Shown piece by piece: positions 1 through 8,998 of a DNA stretch of 32,000 bases (positions are counted from its first letter, which is position 1; every line of letters begins with the position of its first letter). This DNA is from Longivirga aurantiaca (GTDB taxonomy: Bacteria; Actinomycetota; Actinomycetes; S36-B12; CAIYMF01), in contig NZ_JBHSTI010000002.1 of the NCBI RefSeq assembly GCF_042660085.1, forward strand, positions 30,001-62,000. The letters run 5' to 3'. Position numbers and translations under genes: made by a program. The notes below the pieces were generated by a model. It was not told the origin of the DNA. It worked only from the letters and a program-made list of their open reading frames with translations, and made no database searches.

Positions 1-105
1 CCCGACCGTCGCACGATCCCGACCCAGGCCGCGGTCTACGAGGTCGTGCGCGAGCGGCAGATGCGTCCGGTCGAGCCGCTGCCATCCGTGGGGCGCCGGG
101 CCTGA
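1..105 (+). CDS. 3' end of an unidentified CDS entering from upstream of the window
   Basis: Frame 1 is open from position 1 to TGA at 103-105 (...EVVRERQMRPVEPLPSVGRRA*). About 31 of 34 codons end in G/C. Too short to name. Confidence 0.4.
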   Translation, partial: PDRRTIPTQAAVYEVVRERQMRPVEPLPSVGRRA

Positions 106-126
106 CCGTCGGGGATCCCCTGTGGC

Positions 127-813
127 TCAGGCGCTCTCGGCCTCATCGGCGGAGGCCGGCGCCGGGGTGGAGGCGGCCATGCGGCGCGCGTGCCACCACT
201 CGTAGCCGGCGGGCAGCAGGGAGAGCACCACGATGAGGATCGCGATGACCTCGATGTTGTTCTTGACCCAGGGGATGTCCCCGAGCAGGTAGCCGAGCAG
301 CGTCACGCCGCCGGCCCAGATGACGCCGCCGATGCTGGAGTAGATGAGGAACTGGCGGAAGTCCATCTTGCCGACGCCCGCCAGCAGCGTGATGAAGGTG
401 CGGACGATCGGCACGAAGCGCGCCAGGATGATCGAGCGCGGGCCGTACTTCTCGAAGAAGGCGTGCGTCTTGTCGACGTTCGCGGGCGTCAGGAACCTCG
501 CGTCCGGGTTCTTGAACAGCGCAGGCCCGGACTTGCGACCGATCCAGTAGCCCGAGACGTTCCCCGCGATCGCGGCGATGGTGAGCAGGACGCAGGCGAC
601 CCAGATGTTGACGTCGATCGTCCCGGCGCCGATGAACAGACCCGTGACGAACAGCAACGAGTCGCCCGGCAGGAAGAACATGAGGAGCCCGCACTCCACG
701 AACACGATCACCAGCACGGCGACGAACGCCCAGGTGCCGAAGCGTTCGAGGATGGCCTCGGGCTGCAGCCAGCTCGGTCCGATGGCGAGGGTCCAGGTCA
801 GGTGATCCAGCAC
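127..813 (-). CDS. DedA family membrane protein
   Basis: C-terminal 228 aa of the 441-aa track ORF, starting at GTG 813 (VLDHLTWTL...). Shows the DedA pattern ...FFLPGDSLLFVTG..., ...FFEKYGPRSIILARFVPIVRTF... and several hydrophobic helices. The upstream part of the track ORF is out-of-frame read-through across the neighbouring gene. Confidence 0.85.
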   Translation of the reverse strand: MLDHLTWTLAIGPSWLQPEAILERFGTWAFVAVLVIVFVECGLLMFFLPGDSLLFVTGLFIGAGTIDVNIWVACVLLTIAAIAGNVSGYWIGRKSGPALFKNPDARFLTPANVDKTHAFFEKYGPRSIILARFVPIVRTFITLLAGVGKMDFRQFLIYSSIGGVIWAGGVTLLGYLLGDIPWVKNNIEVIAILIVVLSLLPAGYEWWHARRMAASTPAPASADEAESA

Positions 814-827
814 AGGACGAGGGTAGG

Positions 828-1508
828 TCACGCAGGCGGGGCGCTCTGACCACCGGGCTGCGACTCGGCTGAGGATCCCGTGCCAGGGTCGGTCGAGGCC
901 GGCGCCGTACGTCGTGCCCTCCGGGCGCGTGCGGCACCCCCCAGGACCGTGACGACGGTGGCTGCGATGGCGATCGCGGCGGCGGCGTAGGCGATGTCGC
1001 GCAGGACCGGCACCTGGTAGGCGAAGTAGCCGAGCACCGGCAGGCCGACCGCCCAGGGGAGGGCCCCGACGATGTTGGCCGACGTGAAGGCACGCCGGTC
1101 CATGGCCGCGGTGCCCGCGATGATCGGGATGAACGTGCGCACCCAGGGGATCCAGCGCGCCACGACCACGGAGAGCCAGCCGTACTTGTCGTAGAAGCGC
1201 TCGGCGCGCCTCAGCTGCTCCTTGGCGCGGCCCTTCTCGCGGTTCTCCACCCAGTCGCGGCCGAACCGCTTCCCCGTCGTGTAGCCGACCTCGTTGCCGA
1301 TGACTGCGGCGAGGAAGGCGCCCGTCACGAGGACGTAGATGTTGACGTCGCTGTTCGGCGAGGCGGCCACGAGCCCGGCGCCGAACAGGATCGTGTCGCC
1401 GGGGAGCAGGAAGCCGAGCAGCAGCGCGCACTCGGCGAACAGGAACCCCCACAGCACGGCGTACACGGCGATGGCGCCGAGCGACGACAGGTCAGGGCCT
1501 TCCCACAC
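828..1508 (-). CDS. DedA family membrane protein (tandem paralog)
   Basis: 226-aa ORF with LLPGDTILFGAG, FYDKYGWLSVVVARWIPWVRTF and a hydrophobic core. The stop lies 14 nt before the start of the downstream DedA gene. Confidence 0.85.
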   Translation of the reverse strand: MWEGPDLSSLGAIAVYAVLWGFLFAECALLLGFLLPGDTILFGAGLVAASPNSDVNIYVLVTGAFLAAVIGNEVGYTTGKRFGRDWVENREKGRAKEQLRRAERFYDKYGWLSVVVARWIPWVRTFIPIIAGTAAMDRRAFTSANIVGALPWAVGLPVLGYFAYQVPVLRDIAYAAAAIAIAATVVTVLGGAARARRARRTAPASTDPGTGSSAESQPGGQSAPPA

Positions 1509-1519
1509 GCCCCCGAGCC

Positions 1520-1525
1520 TAGGCT
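1520..1525 (+). promoter_or_regulatory. -10 box TAGGCT, 6 nt before GTG 1532 (leaderless transcript predicted)
   Basis: TAGGCT-gacggc-GTG. There is no room for a Shine-Dalgarno sequence. Matches the actinobacterial TANNNT -10 with leaderless spacing. Confidence 0.4.
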
Positions 1526-1531
1526 GACGGC

Positions 1532-2182
1532 GTGGATACGCCTGCCGACCCCGAGCCGGACTCCCCGGCGGCGGAGGTCGGGGTGGGGCCGCACCCGCTG
1601 CCGTGGCCGGACGACGACCGGCTCGACCCCCAGCTGCTGCGCGACGGCGACCGGCGCAACGTGGTCGACCGCTACCGGTACTGGACGGTCGAGGCGATCG
1701 TCGCCGACCTCGACACGACCCGGCACCCGTTCCACGTGGCCATCGAGAACCTCGCGCATGACTTCAACATCGGGTCCGTCGTACGCACGGCCAACGCGTT
1801 CAACGCGTCGTCCGTGCGGGTGGTCGGCCGCAAGCGCTGGAACCGCCGCGGCGCGATGGTGACCGACCGCTACCTGCACGTCGAGCACCACGATGACGCG
1901 GCCGCACTGGCTGCGTGGGCGGCCGCGGCCGGGATCCCGGTGGTCGGCGTCGACAACCTGCCCGGCTCGGTGCCGCTCGAGACGTTCGACCTCCCGCGGG
2001 AGTGCGTGCTGCTGTTCGGCCAGGAGGGCACCGGCCTGTCGGACGCCGCCCGCTCGGTGTGCACGGCCACCGTGTCCGTGGCGCAGTACGGCTCTACCCG
2101 TTCGATCAACGTGGGCGCAGCGGCCGCAGTGGCGATGCACGCGTGGATCCGCCGCCACGTCTTCGACCAGCCGCCAGCCTGA
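1532..2182 (+). CDS. TrmH/SpoU family RNA 2'-O-methyltransferase
   Basis: 216 aa. SpoU-type motifs NIGSVVRTANAF, LLFGQEGTGLS and STRSINVGAAAAVAMHAW. Confidence 0.85.
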   Translation: MDTPADPEPDSPAAEVGVGPHPLPWPDDDRLDPQLLRDGDRRNVVDRYRYWTVEAIVADLDTTRHPFHVAIENLAHDFNIGSVVRTANAFNASSVRVVGRKRWNRRGAMVTDRYLHVEHHDDAAALAAWAAAAGIPVVGVDNLPGSVPLETFDLPRECVLLFGQEGTGLSDAARSVCTATVSVAQYGSTRSINVGAAAAVAMHAWIRRHVFDQPPA

Positions 2183-2210
2183 CGAGCGTTCCCGCTGGCA
2201 GTCTGGGCGC

Positions 2211-2609
2211 GTGACGTCGCCGACCCCTCCGCCGGACCCGACACCGAGCGTCTCGGCGCCCCTGCCGTCCGCGCTGGTGTGGCTCCTGCTCCTCCTGCGA
2301 TTCCTCCTCGAGCTCGCGCTCCTCGCGGCGTACGTCGTGGCCTGCGCGCGGCTGGCCGGCGGAGTCGCCGGGTGGGTGCTCGGCGTCGTGGTCGCCCTGC
2401 TGGTGGCGGCGGTGTGGGGCGTGCTGCTCTCGCCGCGCCGCCGGGTGGCGGCACCGGTGGCCGTGCGGGTCGCGGTCGAGCTCGTGCTGTTCGTGGCGGC
2501 GGGCGTGCTGCTCGCGGCGTCCGGCCTCGTGCTCCTCGGCGTACTCCTCGTCGCGGCCGAGCTCCTCGTGCTCGGCCTCCTCCAGGGCCCCGACAAGCAC
2601 GCCCTCTGA
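2211..2609 (+). CDS. DUF2568 (YrdB-like) small membrane protein
   Basis: C-terminal 132 aa of track ORF 1893..2609, starting at GTG 2211. LRFLLELALLAAY...AAVWGVLLSPRRR...VELVLFVAAG matches my recollection of the DUF2568 pattern. The exact start is uncertain. Confidence 0.6.
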   Translation: MTSPTPPPDPTPSVSAPLPSALVWLLLLLRFLLELALLAAYVVACARLAGGVAGWVLGVVVALLVAAVWGVLLSPRRRVAAPVAVRVAVELVLFVAAGVLLAASGLVLLGVLLVAAELLVLGLLQGPDKHAL

Positions 2610-2629
2610 CCCGCCTCCTGACGCGAATT

Positions 2630-2679
2630 ACTGCCCGAAGTGGGGTTTCGAGGGCGCGTAGCACCCCACTTCGGGCAGT
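2630..2679. terminator. Perfect 17-bp inverted repeat hairpin downstream of the DUF2568 gene
   Basis: Arms ACTGCCCGAAGTGGGGT (2630-2646) and ACCCCACTTCGGGCAGT (2663-2679) with a 16-nt loop. Begins 21 nt after the stop at 2609. No U-tract follows. Confidence 0.5.
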
Positions 2680-2747
2680 GACTCGAGCACATCCGCTCGG
2701 CGCGAAACGGCGTCGGCGCGGGTGGCCGGACGTGGCAGGGTGCTCCG

Positions 2748-4052
2748 GTGCCTGACGACGTGACCCCGGACGCCGCTGCCGCGCCCGACGGCGTGCGCGC
2801 GGGGCACGACTGGCGGCGCGACGTCGGGCTGCTGCGTCGGCGCGAGATCGGGCTGGTCTTCGGCTCGCGGCTGGTCTCGGACCTCGGCAGCGGCATCGCC
2901 CCCATCGCGCTCGCCTTCGGCGTCCTCGGCCTCCCCGGGGCGGACGCCGGCGACCTCGGCCTCGTGCTGTTCGCCGCAGCCGTGCCGCGCGTGGTCTTCA
3001 TGCTCCTCGGCGGGGTGGTGGCGGACCGGCTCGACCGGGGTCGCCTCATGGTCACGGCGGAGGTGCTGGCCGGGCTCGCCCAGCTGCTCGCCGGCGTGCT
3101 GCTCCTGACGGGCACCGCCTCGATCCTCTGGCTCTGCGTGCTCGCGGCCGTGAACGGAACGGCGTTCTCGCTCTTCTACCCGGCGTACGCAGGCCTCGTC
3201 CCGTCGCTCGTGGCAGACCCGGGCGACCTGCAGTCGGTGAACGCGCTGCTGCGCCTGTCGACCAACGTGGCCGGGATCCTGGGCACGGCGCTCGGCGGTC
3301 TGCTCGTCGCCACCATCGGCGCGGGCCCGGCACTGGTCGTCGACTCGTTCACGTTCCTGCTCTCCGCGACGCTCATCTGGCTGCTCGGCGAGCGGGCGCG
3401 CGGCCGGGTCGAGGGGGCGGGCTCGGCGCTCGCCGACCTGCGCGACGGCTGGCGGGAGTTCACCGCCCGCCGCTGGGTCTGGGGCGTGGTGCTGCTGTTC
3501 TCCTTCATGAACATCGGCTTCTCCGCCGCCGTCGGCGTCGTGGGGCCGGTGCGCGCGCTGGACTCGTGGGACGGCGCGCCCACCTGGGCGCTCCTCCTGG
3601 CGTGCTTCTCGCTCGGCACCGTGACCGGAGTCGTGGTGGCCCTGCGGGTGCGGCCGGCGCGGCCGCTGCTGGTGGCGATGTGCGTCGCGCCGGTGATGGC
3701 GCTGCCGATCATCGCCCTCGCGCCGCCGTGGCCGGTGGCGGTCGTGGCCGTGCTGGCCTTCGCGGCCGGCGTCGCCTCCGACGTGTTCGAGGTCCTCTGG
3801 ATCACGGCCCTCCAGAACAACATCCCGGCCGAGGCGCTGTCGCGGGTGTCGTCGTACGACTACCTCGGCTCGCTGGCGCTCGTCCCGATCGGGCTCGCCG
3901 TGAGCGGCTGGGCGGTGGCGACGTACGGGGTCGAGGCGACCATGTCGGCATGCGCGGCCCTGTGCCTGACCTCCGCGATCGGTCTGCTCGACCCGCAGGT
4001 GCGCGCCCTGCGCGCCGGACGCGCCGATGGTCTCGACGCCGCCGCAGCCTGA
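2748..4052 (+). CDS. MFS transporter
   Basis: 434 aa, about 12 hydrophobic segments and an MFS-like N-terminus (...LVSDLGSGIAPIALAFGVLGL...). CAGGGT lies 6 nt before GTG 2748. Confidence 0.85.
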   Translation: MPDDVTPDAAAAPDGVRAGHDWRRDVGLLRRREIGLVFGSRLVSDLGSGIAPIALAFGVLGLPGADAGDLGLVLFAAAVPRVVFMLLGGVVADRLDRGRLMVTAEVLAGLAQLLAGVLLLTGTASILWLCVLAAVNGTAFSLFYPAYAGLVPSLVADPGDLQSVNALLRLSTNVAGILGTALGGLLVATIGAGPALVVDSFTFLLSATLIWLLGERARGRVEGAGSALADLRDGWREFTARRWVWGVVLLFSFMNIGFSAAVGVVGPVRALDSWDGAPTWALLLACFSLGTVTGVVVALRVRPARPLLVAMCVAPVMALPIIALAPPWPVAVVAVLAFAAGVASDVFEVLWITALQNNIPAEALSRVSSYDYLGSLALVPIGLAVSGWAVATYGVEATMSACAALCLTSAIGLLDPQVRALRAGRADGLDAAAA

Positions 4053-4219
4053 GCCGGGGCCGCCCGCTGCGGCGCGGGACGTACGGCGGGAGTGTGACCT
4101 ACCGGTCAGTACCCGCCATGCCTGGAACCGCTTGCGGCTGCCGTGGAAGGATGGGCCGCAGAGAACCGCAGGCAACGAAGCCCACGGACCGGTTCCACGT
4201 TGTGTAGGAGCGCATTTCC

Positions 4220-5242
<1,023 letters not shown>

Positions 5243-5258
5243 CTCTCGCGCGAACGAC

Positions 5259-5287
5259 GGCCCCGCAGACCACCGGTCTGCGGGGCC
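5259..5287 (+). terminator. GC-rich hairpin terminator after fbaA
   Basis: GGCCCCGCAGACC-acc-GGTCTGCGGGGCC, a 13-bp perfect stem starting 17 nt after the fbaA stop. Confidence 0.65.
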
Positions 5288-5355
5288 GACGCACGTCCCA
5301 GGGGTGTTGCGGAGCACGGCAACGTGCGGCTGGCCGCCGTACGCCGCTGCCGGGA

Positions 5356-5412
5356 CGAAGTGCGCGGAACCCACCGGATCTAGCTGCAATCCGGTGGGTT
5401 CCGTGCACTTCG
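5356..5412. repeat. 57-nt palindromic hairpin element, copy A
   Basis: CGAAGTGCGCGGAACCCACCGGAT-ctagctgca-ATCCGGTGGGTTCCGTGCACTTCG. A 24-bp stem with one G:U-type mismatch. Lies 83 nt upstream of the DUF559 start. Confidence 0.7.
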
Positions 5413-5494
5413 CGACGCAGAGGTTGGCGCGGCTCCCGGTCCTGCTTGTGGACAGGCTCAGCGGGCGTGCCGAGGTTCCCGTCAGGCTGGCGCG

Positions 5495-6508
5495 GTGCAC
5501 TGGAGCAGGTCCGACGAGCGGATCGTGGCGGTACGCCGGCGCCTCGGCGACGGTCCCTGGGCGCGCCAGCAGCTGCTTGCAGCCGGGTGGTCCGCTCGGC
5601 AGATCGAGCGTGATCTGCAGCAGGGCCGGCTCGAGCGCGTCATCCGGGGGGTGTATGCGCCGACCGGTGTGGTGCTGGCATGGGACGCGCCGCAGACGTA
5701 CGCCCCGCCGATCCTCGGCGCCGGTGACGACGCAGCCGTCTCGTTCGAGTCCGCGGCGGCCATCCGCCGCATGTGGATCCCGTACCCAGCCGATCCTCGG
5801 ATACACCTCAGCTCGTCAGGTCGGCCCGTCACCTATGACCCGGTGGTACGCCGGCACCGCACGCACCTGCGCGACGACGACGTCGACGTACTTGCCGGAG
5901 TCCGGGTCACGAGCGTGGCGCGGACGGCGGTGGACCTCGCCCGCGGCAAGGCATTCGCCCAGGCCCTCGCGCCGCTCGACTCCGCGACCCGGATCCTGGC
6001 GCTCGGGGAGGCTGCGCACTCCGCGGCCGGACGGGTGCTCCTGGCCCGACCCGGCGCCCGTCGACGCGTCGACGCAGCCCTCGGCGAGCTGCGTGCCGCG
6101 GCTGGGCGCATCGCCGGTGGGCGGGGAACCCGCGAACTGGTCCGCTGCCTCGAGCAGGTCGACCCGCGCAGCGAGTCGCCGTACGAGTCGTGGTGCCGAG
6201 GCGAGCTCGTCTCAGCCGGCGTGCGTATCGAAGCGCTCGGGCTGGAGGTACGGGGCGCCTCGGGCCGGCTCTACTACGCGGACTTCGCCTGGCCGTCGCT
6301 GCGGCTGATTGCCGAGGCCGACGGCGTCGAGAAGTACGGAAGCGACCTGCGCACGGTGAGGGAACGGGTGATGGCCGAACGTCACCGCCAGCGCGATCTG
6401 GAGGACGCCGGGTGGGAGTTCGTCCGTTGGACCGCGGGCGAGCCGGCTCTGGTGTTCACCGCGCGGGTGGCAAGGGCTCTCGCGGCAGCCACGGCGCGAA
6501 GTGCGTGA
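5495..6508 (+). CDS. DUF559 (Vsr-like endonuclease fold) protein with an AbiEi-like N-terminal domain
   Basis: 337 aa. N-terminus ...ARQQLLAAGWSARQIERDLQQGRLERVIRGVY... C-terminus ...YYADFAWPSLRLIAEADGVEKYG...RQRDLEDAGWEFVRWTAGE is typical of actinobacterial DUF559 proteins. Confidence 0.8.
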   Translation: MHWSRSDERIVAVRRRLGDGPWARQQLLAAGWSARQIERDLQQGRLERVIRGVYAPTGVVLAWDAPQTYAPPILGAGDDAAVSFESAAAIRRMWIPYPADPRIHLSSSGRPVTYDPVVRRHRTHLRDDDVDVLAGVRVTSVARTAVDLARGKAFAQALAPLDSATRILALGEAAHSAAGRVLLARPGARRRVDAALGELRAAAGRIAGGRGTRELVRCLEQVDPRSESPYESWCRGELVSAGVRIEALGLEVRGASGRLYYADFAWPSLRLIAEADGVEKYGSDLRTVRERVMAERHRQRDLEDAGWEFVRWTAGEPALVFTARVARALAAATARSA

Positions 6509-6553
6509 AGCCCACCGAACTCAGCGCCGATCCGGTGGTCATCACGCACCTCG
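6497..6553. repeat. 57-nt hairpin element, degraded copy B
   Basis: CGAAGTGCGTGAAGCCCACCGAACTCAGCGCCGATCCGGTGGTCATCACGCACCTCG aligns without gaps to copy A. Shared blocks are CGAAGTGCG, CCCACCG, ATCCGGTGG and GCAC..TCG. Overlaps the DUF559 stop codon at 6506-6508. Confidence 0.6.
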
Positions 6554-6579
6554 CCGGTGCGGAGCGAGTTCTGGGCCGG

Positions 6580-7311
6580 CTACTTCAGGCCGAGGCAGAG
6601 ATAGCGGCCGGCGGTCGCGGTGTCGATGGTGCCGATGGTCGAGGCCGGGCAGTCGGTCTCGGCGACGACCTCCTTGAGCGCCACGTACGTGGCGTCGGTG
6701 GAGTCGCACTCGACGACGAACACCTTGTCTCCGTCGGCCGTGTAGCAGGAGCCCACCGTCTCGGCGAGGGCCGGGGTGGACTTGTCCGACGCGAAGGCGA
6801 GACCGAACGCGGCCGCTGCACCCACGGCCAGGACCGTGCCGACGGCGACGACCGCCGTGCCGAGGCCGCCGAGTCCGGAGCCCGAGGCCGCGCTGGCCGC
6901 CTTGTAGCGGGCGAACGCCGAGCGCCAGAGGCCGAACGTGACGAAGTAGCCGCCCCACCACAGGATCCCGCCGCCGCGGCTGTTGATCACCATGATCCCG
7001 GCGATCGAGACGCCGACGGCGACGAGCACGCCGAGCAGGAACAGCGGTGCCGCTGCTGCGAACGGGCTCGGTCCGCCTGCGGTCGCACCCGGGGCGAGCG
7101 GGGCGCCGTACGCCGGTCCGCCGTACTGCGGGTCGCCCAAGAGAGGGGCGCTGGCCTCCGACCCGTCCGTGCCCGGCTGCGGCGTTGCGAATCCTGCCTC
7201 GGCGGTCGTGACGTCCTCGGCGGCCTGCGCCTCAACCGTCTCCCAGTCGTGGCCGTTCCACCTGCGCCCGTCGACGACCTGCCCGACCTCGTAGCCCGGC
7301 GTTTCGCTCAT
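6580..7311 (-). CDS. Hypothetical membrane protein (DUF2510-like N-terminus, Gly/Pro-rich linker, TM segments, 4-Cys C-terminal domain)
   Basis: 243 aa. N-terminus GQVVDGRRWNGHDWE, hydrophobic stretches LFLLGVLVAVGVSIAGIMVI and AVVAVGTVLAVGAAAAFGLAF, and a C-terminal domain with four Cys. Confidence 0.7.
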   Translation of the reverse strand: MSETPGYEVGQVVDGRRWNGHDWETVEAQAAEDVTTAEAGFATPQPGTDGSEASAPLLGDPQYGGPAYGAPLAPGATAGGPSPFAAAAPLFLLGVLVAVGVSIAGIMVINSRGGGILWWGGYFVTFGLWRSAFARYKAASAASGSGLGGLGTAVVAVGTVLAVGAAAAFGLAFASDKSTPALAETVGSCYTADGDKVFVVECDSTDATYVALKEVVAETDCPASTIGTIDTATAGRYLCLGLK

Positions 7312-7480
7312 GACCTGTCCCCCGTCGCGTCGAATGTGCGTGGACCGTAGTGGACCGATGGACCCGGACGCACGCGCGTCGGCCGCGCGTCATGTCACGA
7401 ATCGGCGCCGGGTCCTGCGGCGGGCGCAGGGGCCGCGAGCCCGTGGAGCGGGCGGCGGCAGGGTCGGGCAGGATCAGCAC

Positions 7481-7906
7481 GTGACCACTCCGATCGACCA
7501 GAACCTCATCGGCGGCCCTGCCCCGACGTTCCTGCCGGACGACCCGGCACCGCGCGAGGCGCTCGAGGCGGGCACCGACCCGTACGTCGTCGCCGCCGCG
7601 CACCCCACGAGCAGCCTGGTCTGGAGCGTGCTCGCCGACCAGGCGCACGCCGAGGGCCGCACGGTGGAGTCGTACGCCTTCGCGCGCGTCGGCTACCACC
7701 GCGGCCTCGACACCCTGCGCCGCAACGGCTGGAAGGGCCACGGCCCGGTGCCGTGGGAGCACGAGCCCAACCGCGGCTTCCTGCGCTGCCTGCACGCGCT
7801 CGCCCGCGCCGCCACCCTCATCGGCGAGGAGGACGAGGCCACCCGCTGCACGCTCTTCCTGCGCGACTCCTCGGCGGCCGCCGCCGCCGCGCTCGAAGGT
7901 CGCTGA
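7481..7906 (+). CDS. DUF3151 domain protein
   Basis: Starts at GTG 7481 inside track ORF 7310..7906. ...YAFARVGYHRGLDTLRRNGWKGHGPVPWEHEPNRGFLRCLHALARAA... matches my recollection of DUF3151. CAGGAT lies 6 nt before the GTG. Confidence 0.75.
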   Translation: MTTPIDQNLIGGPAPTFLPDDPAPREALEAGTDPYVVAAAHPTSSLVWSVLADQAHAEGRTVESYAFARVGYHRGLDTLRRNGWKGHGPVPWEHEPNRGFLRCLHALARAATLIGEEDEATRCTLFLRDSSAAAAAALEGR

Positions 7907-8887
7907 GTGGCACCGAGCGTCGCAGTCGTTGGCGCGGGGATCGGGGGAGTCTCCGCTGCGCGGGTGCTGCAGAGCCGCGGCGTCGACGTCGTCGTGCTCG
8001 ACCGCGGCCACCGCATCGGCGGCCGGATGGCGGCGCGCACCTTGCGCGGCACCGGGCTGCCGTACGACGGCCGCGTGGTCGACGTGGGGGCGGCGTACCT
8101 CACGGCGGACGACGCCGAGTTCGCCGAGGTCGTCGCTGCCTGGGTCGATGCCGGCGTCGCGCGGCCCTGGACCGACACCTTCCTCACCGCCACCTTCGAC
8201 GGCGTGAGCGGCAGCACCACCGGGCCGATGCGGTACGCCGCCGCGGGGGGGCTGCGCTCGCTCGTGGAGGACCTGGCGGCCGACCTCACCACCGTGGTCT
8301 ACCCGCGCGAGGTGGCCTCGGTGGAGCGCGACCGCGACGGCGTGCTCGTCGACGGCGAGCGCTTCGACTCCGTGGTGCTGGCCATGCCCGACCCGCAGGC
8401 CCGCGACGTGCTCGCGCTCGACGACCCCCTGCAGTTCCGGCTCACCGGCGTCGAGTGGCTGCCGGTGCTCAGCGTGACCGCGGCGTACGCCGCGCACCGC
8501 TGGGACGACCTCGACGGGGTCTTCGTCAACGACAACGACGCGATCTCGTTCATCGCCGAGGACGGTCGACGGCGCGGCGACGGTGCGCCGGTCCTCGTCG
8601 TCCAGACGCACCCCGCGCTTGCGGCGCGCCACCTCGACGACCCGTCGGGTGCGGCGCCCGAGGCGCTGGCGGCGCTGCGCAGCGTGCTCGACGTGCCGAG
8701 CCCGGCGTGGCACGAGGTACGGCGCTGGTCGCTGGCGCGGCCGGAGGCCAACCGGCCGGAGCCGTTCGCGCTCGTGGACGGGATCGGCATCTGCGGCGAC
8801 AGCTGGGGGGCGCCGCCGCGCATCCAGACGGCCTGGCTGTCCGGGCGGCGGCTGGGCGAGGCCGTGGCGGAGTCGCTCGGCGTCTGA
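7907..8887 (+). CDS. NAD(P)/FAD-dependent oxidoreductase (renalase-like)
   Basis: 326 aa. N-terminal dinucleotide-binding motif VAVVGAGIGGVSAA. GTG start directly abuts the preceding TGA. Confidence 0.8.
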   Translation: MAPSVAVVGAGIGGVSAARVLQSRGVDVVVLDRGHRIGGRMAARTLRGTGLPYDGRVVDVGAAYLTADDAEFAEVVAAWVDAGVARPWTDTFLTATFDGVSGSTTGPMRYAAAGGLRSLVEDLAADLTTVVYPREVASVERDRDGVLVDGERFDSVVLAMPDPQARDVLALDDPLQFRLTGVEWLPVLSVTAAYAAHRWDDLDGVFVNDNDAISFIAEDGRRRGDGAPVLVVQTHPALAARHLDDPSGAAPEALAALRSVLDVPSPAWHEVRRWSLARPEANRPEPFALVDGIGICGDSWGAPPRIQTAWLSGRRLGEAVAESLGV

Positions 8888-8998
8888 GGCGACGCCGCAC
8901 CTCTCGCGCAGGGATTCGGACGGTGCCCCTCGCGGCCGGTAGGCTCTGGTGGCACCACCCCTCTGTGGTGCCCGCGTGTCACATCGAGGGAGCGCCAG

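Noticed and set aside
127-1452. 441-aa track ORF read as a single gene
   Set aside because: Only its C-terminal 228 aa look like a protein (DedA). The N-terminal half is an Arg-rich out-of-frame reading across the second DedA gene (828..1508), which is in another frame.
2641-2656. Shared GGGGTTTCGA...GGGCG between the 2630 hairpin loop and the first TTTCGAT unit at 21855
   Set aside because: A ~10-mer match between two sites in 32 kb is not significant on its own, and the surrounding sequence does not align.
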